A stretch of DNA of 64,000 nt from the IMG/VR virus record IMGVR_UViG_3300045988_150172; one strand, 5' to 3'. This DNA is from a virus. The translations under genes were made by a program, and so were the position numbers. How positions within the stretch are numbered: position 1 is the first letter of the stretch; each line of letters begins with the position of its first letter. Of the stretch, positions 53,353 through 62,328 are shown piece after piece. The notes under the pieces are model-generated. The model was not told the DNA's origin and did not search any database. It saw only the letters and a list, made by a program, of their open reading frames with translations.

Positions 53353-53798
53353 ACATGGTTGTTAAATCTAAAGATCAGTTTCGTCTGGCTACTGAAATCG
53401 CAGTTCAGGCACACAATGGGCAGGTTGATAAGAATGGAGTTCCGTATATCTGTCATCCTATTGCTGTTGCTAATAAATGTTCACTTCCAATAGCCAAGTG
53501 TATTGCTATGCTTCATGATGTGCTGGAAGATACAAAAGTTACAGCAACAGATTTGATTGGTATGGGTGTTGACCCATATATTGTTGAATGTGTGGGGAAG
53601 CTGACACACAGAAAAGGCACTCCATATTTGGACTATATTCAAAGTATAATTGATACAGGAATCTATAACGTTATCAGGGTGAAGTACGCTGACTTATGTG
53701 ACAATCTTGATCCTGCGAGGGGTGGTTTGAACGAGCGGAAGATGCCTTTGTATCTTAAGGCTAAAAGAATGTTGGAGGAAGCGTTATGTCGTGTATAG
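53349..53798 (+). CDS. HD-domain small alarmone hydrolase-like protein (SpoT/Mesh1 hydrolase fold)
   Basis: AVQAHNGQVDKNGVPYICHPIAVA ... AMLHDVLEDT ... VKYADLCDNL match H.GQ.rk.g.PYi.HP / LHDv.EDT / k.aDr..N. Confidence 0.7.
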   Translation: MNMVVKSKDQFRLATEIAVQAHNGQVDKNGVPYICHPIAVANKCSLPIAKCIAMLHDVLEDTKVTATDLIGMGVDPYIVECVGKLTHRKGTPYLDYIQSIIDTGIYNVIRVKYADLCDNLDPARGGLNERKMPLYLKAKRMLEEALCRV

Positions 53799-55711
53799 AA
53801 CTAAGAAATGAAATCCTCCGTTTGAATTCTCTGTATAGGCAAGGTAAGCCGGAGGTCAGTGATGTTGAGTACGATTCACTTGTGGAGCAGCTGAGAGCTA
53901 TATCTCCTGATGATGACTTCTTCAAGTCGGGTGTTGCTGAAAAGGCAACAGATAGAATGCAGAAGCTTCCCCTTCCTATGTTTTCTCTGGAGAAAATAAA
54001 GACGTTTAAGGAGTTTTTGACGTGGGTTGATAGGATGGCTAGGGCTGGGTGTAAAAATCTCGTAATAACGCCTAAATACGATGGAATAAGTCTTCTTGTT
54101 AGTGAACTGTCACAGGCTGCCTGGACAAGGGGTGACGGTGTGCAGGGTCAGCGAAGCGATGCACACTTTTCACGAATGAAGAATGGTGAGGTTGAACAGC
54201 CTGTGTTTGAATATACATGGGGTGAAGCCATCTGTTCTAAAAAGGATTTTGAATCCGTTAAGGGTGAGTATAAGAATGTTCGCAACATGGTTGCAGGTCT
54301 GTTCAACTCTCCTATGGGGGCTAATACGGAACAGATAGGGGCTGTGACCTTTGTAAGGTACGGTATTGATTCTGATGAAAATAAATCCGTTCAACTGGAT
54401 TATCTTAATGGTCGTTACCAATACACTACACCATATAGACTGATACAGATTGAAAACATTCTTATGTATAATGAGAATGATGTGCTGGGTATGTTGGATA
54501 GGCTTTATAGAGAATGGAAGTTGGCATATCAGATAGACGGCCTAGTGATTGAGGTTGATGAAAACAGTGTTCGAAAGAAGTTGGGTCGCAAGCCAAATGG
54601 AAATCCTGACTATGCCGTTGCATTTAAGAGGGAGGAATGGTTGCAGTCCTATACAACAACCGTGGAAAAGGTTGAATGGAATGTTAGCAAGGATGGCTGT
54701 CTGTGTCCTGTGGTATGCGTAAAGCCTGTTGAGATGGAGGGTGCTACCGTGTCCAAGGTAACAGGATATAATGCTAAATACATTCTTGACAATCATATTG
54801 CAGGTGGTTCCACGATAGACATTATTCGTAGTGGTGACGTTATTCCAAAGCATATTAGAACGCTTGGTTATTCTACGGAAACATGTTCAAAGGAATTTCC
54901 TGCTGTCTGTCCATGCTGTGGCAAGCCTGTTCAATGGGATGCGACGCATACCGAGCTTGTATGTACGAATAAGAATTGTAGGCAACAGGTTATTTCCAGA
55001 ATGGTGTACTTTTTCAGAACAATGGGTTGTGAGGGTTTTGATGAACCTATCGTGCGTCGCCTGTATGACGCTGGAATGGATAGTATCCAGCTTGTCGTGG
55101 CGAGCAGGTCATTGGCATTTATGCACGTACTTGGAGAGAATAAGGGGTTGGCTGTATATAATGAGATCTGGAATAAGGTGCTTAATACAAAAAATCCTGT
55201 TGCAAGACTTATGACCGCATATAATGTGTTTGAGGGTGTTCTTGCTGAAAAGACAGCTCAAAGCATTATAGATGGAAGTGAAGCAGTTCAATATCTGTTG
55301 CGTTTCGGTATCAATCAACCTATGAGAGACAAGGATATTTTGGCAGTTCTTCACGAGGAGCTCTGTTCCATCTCTGGTGTGGGTGCTGTTACGGCTGACA
55401 CATTCATTACAGGCATGAATAAGTTCTTGGATATGAGGTGTCTGTATCCCTATTACACCTGCACCCCTAAGAAAAATTTGGCTGATAACTGTATGTATGT
55501 CTGCATGACAGGTTTTAGAGATAAGGAACTGGAGAATGAGCTTATAAAACAGGGGCACGAAGTTTTGAGCGGTGTTACGGCCAAATGTACTGTTCTTGTG
55601 GTGGCTGACTTGAATTCAACAAGCAGTAAGATGCAAAAGGCTCAGAAAATGGGAATTCGTATTGTGGACAGAAAGACATTTGAAGATGAAATATACAGCA
55701 ATAAGGGATAA
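53786..55711 (+). CDS. ligA: NAD+-dependent DNA ligase
   Basis: N-terminal YRQGKPEVSDVEYDSL (Ia domain), KYDG adenylation lysine motif, DGLVIEVD, Zn finger CPCCGKPV..CTNKNC, BRCT-like C-terminus. Confidence 0.9.
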   Translation: MSCIELRNEILRLNSLYRQGKPEVSDVEYDSLVEQLRAISPDDDFFKSGVAEKATDRMQKLPLPMFSLEKIKTFKEFLTWVDRMARAGCKNLVITPKYDGISLLVSELSQAAWTRGDGVQGQRSDAHFSRMKNGEVEQPVFEYTWGEAICSKKDFESVKGEYKNVRNMVAGLFNSPMGANTEQIGAVTFVRYGIDSDENKSVQLDYLNGRYQYTTPYRLIQIENILMYNENDVLGMLDRLYREWKLAYQIDGLVIEVDENSVRKKLGRKPNGNPDYAVAFKREEWLQSYTTTVEKVEWNVSKDGCLCPVVCVKPVEMEGATVSKVTGYNAKYILDNHIAGGSTIDIIRSGDVIPKHIRTLGYSTETCSKEFPAVCPCCGKPVQWDATHTELVCTNKNCRQQVISRMVYFFRTMGCEGFDEPIVRRLYDAGMDSIQLVVASRSLAFMHVLGENKGLAVYNEIWNKVLNTKNPVARLMTAYNVFEGVLAEKTAQSIIDGSEAVQYLLRFGINQPMRDKDILAVLHEELCSISGVGAVTADTFITGMNKFLDMRCLYPYYTCTPKKNLADNCMYVCMTGFRDKELENELIKQGHEVLSGVTAKCTVLVVADLNSTSSKMQKAQKMGIRIVDRKTFEDEIYSNKG

Positions 55712-57375
55712 TGCGGTACTTCTATCGTGACAGTGCTTGGTGGCACATCGGGTTTAGTTATGATCCGGAGCTGGTAAAGGAAGTCAAGTCCTTTGCCAAT
55801 TCCGGATTTAACCCTGAATTGCGCGAATGGTACGTTTTAATTCATATAACTACATTGGCAGCAGTGCAAAAGTGGCTTGCAGACAATAATTTTCGGGAGG
55901 AAAGGGTGTATATACCATCCAGGAGAGTTGTGGAGTATCAGGAACCACCTGAAGTGATTACGGCTGATGATGTGCTTGCAGCATGTAAGGAGGTTGAGTT
56001 AAAGCGTACACCACGACACTATCAGGCGGAGGGTATTGCCTATATGATTAATCACGGTAACTGTATAAATGGTGATGACTGTGGGCTTGGCAAAACCGGA
56101 CAGGCTATTGTTACTGTAGAGCTCATGGATGTGTTTCCTACTCTTGTTATCTGTCCAGCGTCCGTTAAATACAACTGGAAAAAGGAATGGCAGAGGTGGA
56201 ATCCAGCCAGAACGGTGGGTATAGTGGAATCTGGAAAGAAATATGATGAATCCGTATGGAACAGTGACGTGGTGGTTATAAACTTTGATATTCTTGGCGA
56301 GCGAAGTACGGATAAGCCAAAGGTGAAATATAAGGAGCTGTTGAAGAAATACTGGGGTTCATGTATAATTGATGAGATTCACTTTTTGAAGTCAGAAAAG
56401 GCAATTCGTACCCGAATGACCAAGAAGATAACGAAGCATATTGCTCACGTGTGGGGGTTGACTGGAACGCTGACGCAGAATCGTCCTCTGGAACTCATTC
56501 AGCCTTATCAGATACTTCGTAGGTTCAGCGAAATTTTTGGTGACACCCTTGCATTCAAGTTCAGGTACTGTGATGCAAAGAAGACGATGTTCGGTTTTGA
56601 TGCAAGTGGGTTCAGCAATCTGGAGGAGCTTCACGAACTGTTGCGAATGGCTGGGTATGTTCGACGGGATAAAAGAGATGTGCTTACGGAACTTCCACCA
56701 GTTATAGAACAGACAGTTGATGTTCCTATAAGCAATGCAAGAGAATATCACCATGCGGAGGACGACCTGTTGAACTATCTGGAGGCAATAGATGTGGAAA
56801 GGGCAAGTTCAGCGGCCAATGCTCCTCATCTTGTGATGTTGAATACACTCCGTACGTTGAGCATTGTGGGTAAGATGGCCTTTATCAAGTCCTATATTCA
56901 GGAGTGGCTTGAATCCAATGAGGAAAAACAGCTTGCTGTCTTTGGGGTGCATCGTGAGCCGCTTCAGGAGCTTGCAGATTACTTTAAGGCTCCAGTCATT
57001 CAGGGTGGTGTGTCCATAGAGAATAAACAGAAGATTGTGGATGCGTTTGCGGCACAGAAGCATCGTCTTCTGTTTGCCAACATTCAGTCGGCTGGAACAG
57101 GTACTGATGGACTTCAGACACACTGTTCAGATATGATATATATAGAACTTCCCGACCGAAGCACTGATGTTGAACAGACGAATGCTCGACTGGAGCGTAT
57201 GGGGCAGAAAAATACCATAACGGTTACCTATCTGTTGTCGCCTGAAACAATTGATGTTGAAATGAAGGAGACACTGGACGGTAAGAAGATGCTTACCGAT
57301 GTTGTGAATGCAGGGAAAAGCGAAAATGACCTCATTGCTATGAAATTTTTTAGAAATCGTAGGAGAAATCCATGA
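55711..57375 (+). CDS. SNF2-family helicase/translocase
   Basis: DCGLGKTGQAI (I), IIDEIHFLKS (II), LTGTLTQNRPLEL (III), QSAGTGTDGLQ (V/VI region). Confidence 0.85.
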   Translation: MRYFYRDSAWWHIGFSYDPELVKEVKSFANSGFNPELREWYVLIHITTLAAVQKWLADNNFREERVYIPSRRVVEYQEPPEVITADDVLAACKEVELKRTPRHYQAEGIAYMINHGNCINGDDCGLGKTGQAIVTVELMDVFPTLVICPASVKYNWKKEWQRWNPARTVGIVESGKKYDESVWNSDVVVINFDILGERSTDKPKVKYKELLKKYWGSCIIDEIHFLKSEKAIRTRMTKKITKHIAHVWGLTGTLTQNRPLELIQPYQILRRFSEIFGDTLAFKFRYCDAKKTMFGFDASGFSNLEELHELLRMAGYVRRDKRDVLTELPPVIEQTVDVPISNAREYHHAEDDLLNYLEAIDVERASSAANAPHLVMLNTLRTLSIVGKMAFIKSYIQEWLESNEEKQLAVFGVHREPLQELADYFKAPVIQGGVSIENKQKIVDAFAAQKHRLLFANIQSAGTGTDGLQTHCSDMIYIELPDRSTDVEQTNARLERMGQKNTITVTYLLSPETIDVEMKETLDGKKMLTDVVNAGKSENDLIAMKFFRNRRRNP

Positions 57376-57414
57376 TATTTCGTTGTAATTATATAATTAA
57401 ATGAATTTCATTAG

Positions 57415-57591
57415 ATGAATACATTGAAAAGATTTAAGTGTAAATTCTTTGGTAGCAGAGAACGCAAGGGGCAAATCACACAGCAGACATCTTTTGTGAC
57501 AACCTATGACCGTGCTATGGTTGAGGATGTCCTTAGAAATCAAGGGTGGGTTAAGATCAACGGCCTAAAGATTAGAGAATGCGAAGAATAG
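57415..57591 (+). CDS. small ORF (58 aa), uncertain
   Basis: MNTLKRFKCKFFGSRERKGQ.. fills the gap before rnh and overlaps its start by 13 nt. Confidence 0.3.
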   Translation: MNTLKRFKCKFFGSRERKGQITQQTSFVTTYDRAMVEDVLRNQGWVKINGLKIRECEE

Positions 57592-58055
57592 ATATATACA
57601 CTGATGGGAGCTGTAATGCACGAACTAGGGTTGGCGGATATGGTGTATATGCTAGGGATGGTGAGAATGAGGTGGTGATACACCAAGGCTACACCAGCAC
57701 AACAACAGCTAGGATGGAAATGAGAGCTGTGCTTCATGCAATACGCTTGGTATCCAATGAACCTCTGGACGTCTATATTCATTCTGATTCTCAATTCGTA
57801 GTAAATGCGTTTAAGGAGGGGTGGCTATCCAGATGGCGGCTGTCTAATTTTGTTGGAGTGATGAACGCCCCCATCTGGAAAGTTATTGTGCTTGAATTGG
57901 CAAAACGACCACAGGTTCATTTTCACATTAGATGGCTTCATGGACACCAGAAGGATATTCTGGATGAAGCAGTCTTTGGAAATACGGTGGCTGATGCACT
58001 GGCTGACTATAAGAATCAGGAATCATATATAAAAGATAAAGACGATAATCTATGA
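57579..58055 (+). CDS. rnhA: ribonuclease HI
   Basis: IYTDGSC (D), ARMEMRAV (E), IHSDSQFV (D), HGHQ..GNTVADALA (H, D). Confidence 0.85.
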   Translation: MRRIDIYTDGSCNARTRVGGYGVYARDGENEVVIHQGYTSTTTARMEMRAVLHAIRLVSNEPLDVYIHSDSQFVVNAFKEGWLSRWRLSNFVGVMNAPIWKVIVLELAKRPQVHFHIRWLHGHQKDILDEAVFGNTVADALADYKNQESYIKDKDDNL

Positions 58056-59506
58056 CACCGGACAAGTACCAGCAGGCAGTAATTGATGAGTATAGGAATA
58101 CGAATCATAATATCTTTATAAGCGCAACAGCAGGATCTGGAAAGACAACCTGTCTATTGGAACTTGCGAAGCGTACACCTCCAATAAAGTCTTCAATCTT
58201 TCTTGCATTCAATAAGTCCATAGCAGAGGAGCTTGGTAGGAAGCTTCCTCCTACTGTTAAGGCTATGACTCTTCATGGGTGTGCTCTTGCAGCATTAAGA
58301 AAGGCATTTTCCTTGAAATTTACAATTAAGGAAAATAAATACTTTAGTCTTGCAAGTGAAATTCTAGAAGCACATAAGATACATTTTAAGAAGATTCCTG
58401 GGCTTGCCATGCGTATGTGCAGGATGCATGACTTGATGCGATATAATCTTGTCAGCGGTGGTGTGAATGATGTCTGTGTTTTAGCTGAACGATATGGGGA
58501 GGACTGTGATGAAAAACTGGCTGGATATACCTGTGAACTATATACAGCAGCAGTGCGGAATGCTGACATGTTCTTTGCAGGTGGCGGTCAGGGGACTGTT
58601 CCTATGGATTTTACTGATATGCTTGTCTGGGCTGTAAAGTATGTTCCAAAGTCAGAGTTTAAGCAGTATAATGTCGTAATGTGTGATGAAAGTCAGGACA
58701 TCAGTCCCTTGCAATATGAACTGATAAAAAGGTTAAAGACCCCGAAAGGACGTCTTGTGGCTGTGGGTGACCCTAAACAGTCTATCTATTCATTTCAGGG
58801 ATCCAACTTGGATTCCCTCCATGCGATACAGAATTCATCAAATACTGTGACACTTCCACTGTCCATTACGTATAGGTGCGGTAAGGCTATTGTGAAGGAA
58901 GCCCAGACAGTATTTCCAGAGGGTATAGAAGCGGCTCCGACGGCTGTTGAGGGTACGGTCAGGAGGGGGCGACTTAATGAAGCCGTTGAGGGTGACTTCA
59001 TTCTATGTCGTAATAATGCACCATTGATAGACGCGTGGCTAAAGCTTGTTAAGATGGGTCGTAGGTGTGTGATACTTGGTAAGGACTTTGGAGATTCTCT
59101 TATGGAATTGCTGGATGATGCAGAATGCGTGGAGGATCTTGAAAAGCCGCTTGTGGATCTTCTGGAGCGACTGTATCGCAAGGGCATTGAAAGACCTGAA
59201 AGAACAGAGGCATACGCCAATCTGGATGAAAAAGTGGGCATTTTATTAAACCTGTTCGACTTTTTTGGAAGCCTTGATGCTGTTCGGGATAGAATTTTTG
59301 ATATTTTCGTGGAAAATGTTGATGAGAAACATGTTATTTTATCAACAATTCATAAGTCTAAGGGGTTGGAAGCTGATAGAGTGTTTTTCCTTGCACCTGA
59401 GTTGATTCCAAGCAAGTTTGCAACTACGGAACTGGCTATGTATGCGGAAAAATGTCTCATGTTTGTGGCTATTACTAGAGCTAAAAAAGAACTGATTTAT
59501 ATATAA
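58052..59506 (+). CDS. UvrD/Rep-family SF1 helicase
   Basis: SATAGSGKTT (I), VMCDESQD (II), VGDPKQSIYSFQG (III), TIHKSKGLEADRV (V), AITRAKKEL (VI). Confidence 0.85.
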   Translation: MTPDKYQQAVIDEYRNTNHNIFISATAGSGKTTCLLELAKRTPPIKSSIFLAFNKSIAEELGRKLPPTVKAMTLHGCALAALRKAFSLKFTIKENKYFSLASEILEAHKIHFKKIPGLAMRMCRMHDLMRYNLVSGGVNDVCVLAERYGEDCDEKLAGYTCELYTAAVRNADMFFAGGGQGTVPMDFTDMLVWAVKYVPKSEFKQYNVVMCDESQDISPLQYELIKRLKTPKGRLVAVGDPKQSIYSFQGSNLDSLHAIQNSSNTVTLPLSITYRCGKAIVKEAQTVFPEGIEAAPTAVEGTVRRGRLNEAVEGDFILCRNNAPLIDAWLKLVKMGRRCVILGKDFGDSLMELLDDAECVEDLEKPLVDLLERLYRKGIERPERTEAYANLDEKVGILLNLFDFFGSLDAVRDRIFDIFVENVDEKHVILSTIHKSKGLEADRVFFLAPELIPSKFATTELAMYAEKCLMFVAITRAKKELIYI

Positions 59507-59508
59507 TT

Positions 59509-59916
59509 ATGGGAAAAGAAAAAGAATTTAAGATTTACATTACAGTGCCACGAGGTCAGGATCGTGTGCTGCTTAACTGTAATACGATGAAGTCCATGGC
59601 TGGACTAACTCCAACAAAAGAGATTCTGATTACACATCTTCAAGCAGAGCGAGTTCGGATGGAAATCTGGAAAAGAGACCACCCTGAATGGGATAAGTTA
59701 TCAGTCAATCAAAAACTGGCTTCAGCGGAGCAGCCGTATAAACCTCAACCTCTATACATAGAGACACAGCCTGATAAGTTTAAGGATATTGTTGACGAAG
59801 TCAGAAGTAAGGTGGTTGGGTGCGGTGATCTATCCCATATTGCATTAACGACTGGGTCAGCGTATCTACCATGCTGTATAATCAGTGAATTACACATAGA
59901 GGACTATAAGAAATAA
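59509..59916 (+). CDS. hypothetical protein
   Basis: 135-aa ORF. No GroES-like mobile-loop pattern. Confidence 0.5.
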   Translation: MGKEKEFKIYITVPRGQDRVLLNCNTMKSMAGLTPTKEILITHLQAERVRMEIWKRDHPEWDKLSVNQKLASAEQPYKPQPLYIETQPDKFKDIVDEVRSKVVGCGDLSHIALTTGSAYLPCCIISELHIEDYKK

Positions 59917-59921
59917 TTTTT

Positions 59922-61550
59922 ATGAATACAAAGATTTTGTTTGGAAAGGACGCTAGAGGTGCACTTCTAGCTGGAGCTGAAGAACTTTATTCAGCAGTAG
60001 CATCCACCCTCGGACCGCGAGGTCATACGGTTGCGATTGACAAGGGGTATGGAATTCCACACATCACGAAGGACGGTGTGACGGTTGCTCGTGCCTATGA
60101 CACTGATGATCCTATGAAACGAATGGGCGCGACACTTGTGAAGATGGTGGCTGCGAAGACATGTGATCAAGCAGGTGATGGAACAACTACGGCTACGATT
60201 CTGTCCTATGCTATGATGAAGCGTGGTGTGTCTGGATCTGTAAATATTCAAAACCCACACGAATATCGTAGGGGCATGGAGGATGCTAGGGATGAAGCCA
60301 TCAACTATATCAAGGGGTGTGCTGTAAAGATTGCCCCTGATGAGATTGATAGAATTAGACAGGTGGCTAGGATATCTGCCAATGGGGATGATATGGTTGC
60401 AGACCTCATAACGTCAGCAATTGACAGTGTTGGCAATGACGGTATCATTACCGTGGAGGAAAGTCCTAAAGGTGATGAATCTACCGTTGAAGTTACAACT
60501 GGCTTCCAATGGAGTAAGGGGATTATAAATCCATATTTTGTTACCGACAGTGAGCGAATGGAGTGTGTTCTGGATAAGCCGTATGTTCTTATCTGGGGTC
60601 AGAACATCAATTATGTTCAGGAGATTCTTGCTGTGGTGCAGACTGTATATACAGCCAAGAGATCCCTTTTGATTGTGGCTCCAAATGCCTCCAATGACGT
60701 GATAAAGTTTCTCGTCACAAACGTTCAGCAAAACAACGGTCTAAAGGCATGTTTTGTAAAGGCTCCAGGATTCGGTCAGATGCAGAAGGACTTGATGCAG
60801 GACTTGGCTGTAAAGGTGGGCGGCAAAATTGTTGGTGAGGAATACGGTAACGCCATTGAGTCATTTGGAACTGACTGGCTTGGTGAAGTGGACAAGGCCA
60901 CAATTTCAGCAAACAGAACAGTTCTTGTCGGTGGTGCTGGTAGGACAGGTGATATAGAAGCAAGAATAGAATTCATTAAGAATGAAATGGCTGAAAATTT
61001 CAACACCTATGACAGAGAGAAGTATAGAGAGCGTATTAGCCGTCTTACAGGTGGTGCTGCCGTCATCTATGTTGGGGCTGATTCTGAAGTTGAGTTGAAG
61101 GAGCGCAAGGATAGAGTTGATGATGCTATTGCAGCCACTAGAGCAGCACTTGATGAGGGGTATGTTCCTGGAGGGGGAACGATTCAATACAAGTTGGCAA
61201 AGTTTTTGGACGGATCCCTGAAGAGCAACCCTAGCTGGAACCCTGACTATGTGGAGGGCTACCGTGCTGTAATTGATGCCCTGATGGAACATTTTAACAC
61301 ATTGTGCTTGAATGCAGGTGTTGAACCGATAAGAATTGAGGTGTTAATGGATTTAAGATCCAAGGAGTTACAGTATGGATATAATCCATTTAAGAATAAG
61401 GTTGAGGACATGTATAAGGCTGGTATCATAGACCCTGCAAAGGTAACAAGAGCATCTCTTGAAAATGCTGTTTCCGTGGCCGTTCAATTTCTTGGCATGT
61501 CGTGTGCCATGTCAGCGGATGAAAGTACAATAACCAACAATAAACCATAA
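59922..61550 (+). CDS. groL: GroEL-type chaperonin
   Basis: FGKDARGALLAGAEELYSAVASTLGPRGHTVAIDK..ITKDGVTVAR..AGDGTTTATIL is collinear with bacterial GroEL. 542 aa. Confidence 0.9.
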   Translation: MNTKILFGKDARGALLAGAEELYSAVASTLGPRGHTVAIDKGYGIPHITKDGVTVARAYDTDDPMKRMGATLVKMVAAKTCDQAGDGTTTATILSYAMMKRGVSGSVNIQNPHEYRRGMEDARDEAINYIKGCAVKIAPDEIDRIRQVARISANGDDMVADLITSAIDSVGNDGIITVEESPKGDESTVEVTTGFQWSKGIINPYFVTDSERMECVLDKPYVLIWGQNINYVQEILAVVQTVYTAKRSLLIVAPNASNDVIKFLVTNVQQNNGLKACFVKAPGFGQMQKDLMQDLAVKVGGKIVGEEYGNAIESFGTDWLGEVDKATISANRTVLVGGAGRTGDIEARIEFIKNEMAENFNTYDREKYRERISRLTGGAAVIYVGADSEVELKERKDRVDDAIAATRAALDEGYVPGGGTIQYKLAKFLDGSLKSNPSWNPDYVEGYRAVIDALMEHFNTLCLNAGVEPIRIEVLMDLRSKELQYGYNPFKNKVEDMYKAGIIDPAKVTRASLENAVSVAVQFLGMSCAMSADESTITNNKP

Positions 61551-61551
61551 T

Positions 61552-61773
61552 ATGAGTAGAAAAGTTATAGGCAAGGGTGATATTGTTCGGATACGACACA
61601 ATACATCTGACCACCAGTTCAAGGAGAATGAGCTGGTTGTTGTTAAGGAGACATATCCTTTGCATGAGGAGGAGCCCGAATATCTAAAATGTGCAAATAG
61701 AGAGACACACTGGATGGTCAATATGTCAGATGTAACACTATTTGAACGCAACCCCCACCCTGATGACGAATAA
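61552..61773 (+). CDS. small hypothetical protein (SH3-like pattern)
   Basis: 73-aa ORF starting 1 nt after the groL stop. Confidence 0.45.
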   Translation: MSRKVIGKGDIVRIRHNTSDHQFKENELVVVKETYPLHEEEPEYLKCANRETHWMVNMSDVTLFERNPHPDDE

Positions 61774-61801
61774 GTTTAACAAGTTAAATGAAAAAATAAT
61801 T

Positions 61802-62263
61802 ATGTATTACGAAGTAAAAGTTAAGAGAACCTGTATTGCTGAGGAGAATAACGCCTATGGTACAATTAAGGAGTCCTATCTGGTGGACGCTGTCAATTAT
61901 ACCGACGTGGAAGCAAGCGTTGCTCGCTATATGAATAGTGAACATTCTGGAGATGACTATAACATTCAGAAAATTTCAAAGAGCAAGGTTGATGATCTTA
62001 TTATAAAAGTCTTGGTTGACGGTGAGGAAAAACTTGAGACCTATTATAAGGTTCGATGTGCTTATATGGAGAGTGTTAATGGTCACATGAAGAAGCGTAA
62101 ACTTATAGCTCTCGTGAATGCTGGTGGTGTGGAGGAAGCATCCTCTATGGCTTTGACAAATTATGATCCAGAGGACATCCTGCATTATGAAGTTGTGAAA
62201 GTTGAGAAGACTTCCATTGTTGGCGTTATTAATAATGCATGTGATGAAGAACGTGAGTCATAG
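61802..62263 (+). CDS. hypothetical protein (resembles Bacteroidota DUF4494-type small proteins)
   Basis: Start taken at the internal ATG. MYYEVKVKRTCIAEENNAYGTIKESYLVDAVNYTDVEASV recalls the WFECK..Y.....G......YLVDA.SFTEAE pattern. The family assignment is from memory only. Confidence 0.45.
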   Translation: MYYEVKVKRTCIAEENNAYGTIKESYLVDAVNYTDVEASVARYMNSEHSGDDYNIQKISKSKVDDLIIKVLVDGEEKLETYYKVRCAYMESVNGHMKKRKLIALVNAGGVEEASSMALTNYDPEDILHYEVVKVEKTSIVGVINNACDEERES

Positions 62264-62328
62264 TTTTGTGTGTGAATCACCCCTATTGTGCAGGAGGCTG
62301 TCAATGGGGGTGTTAATTCTTTCTTATT

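Noticed and set aside
61552-61773. The 73-aa ORF directly after groL as a GroES co-chaperonin.
   Set aside because: It is shorter than Cpn10 and lacks the Gly-rich mobile loop and the conserved beta-barrel pattern. The sequence looks SH3/KOW-like.
62278-62312. A hairpin (cacccc ... ggggtg) after the 62263 stop, considered as an intrinsic terminator.
   Set aside because: The stem is only 6 bp, the loop is 23 nt, and there is no clean U-tract. The evidence is too weak to annotate.
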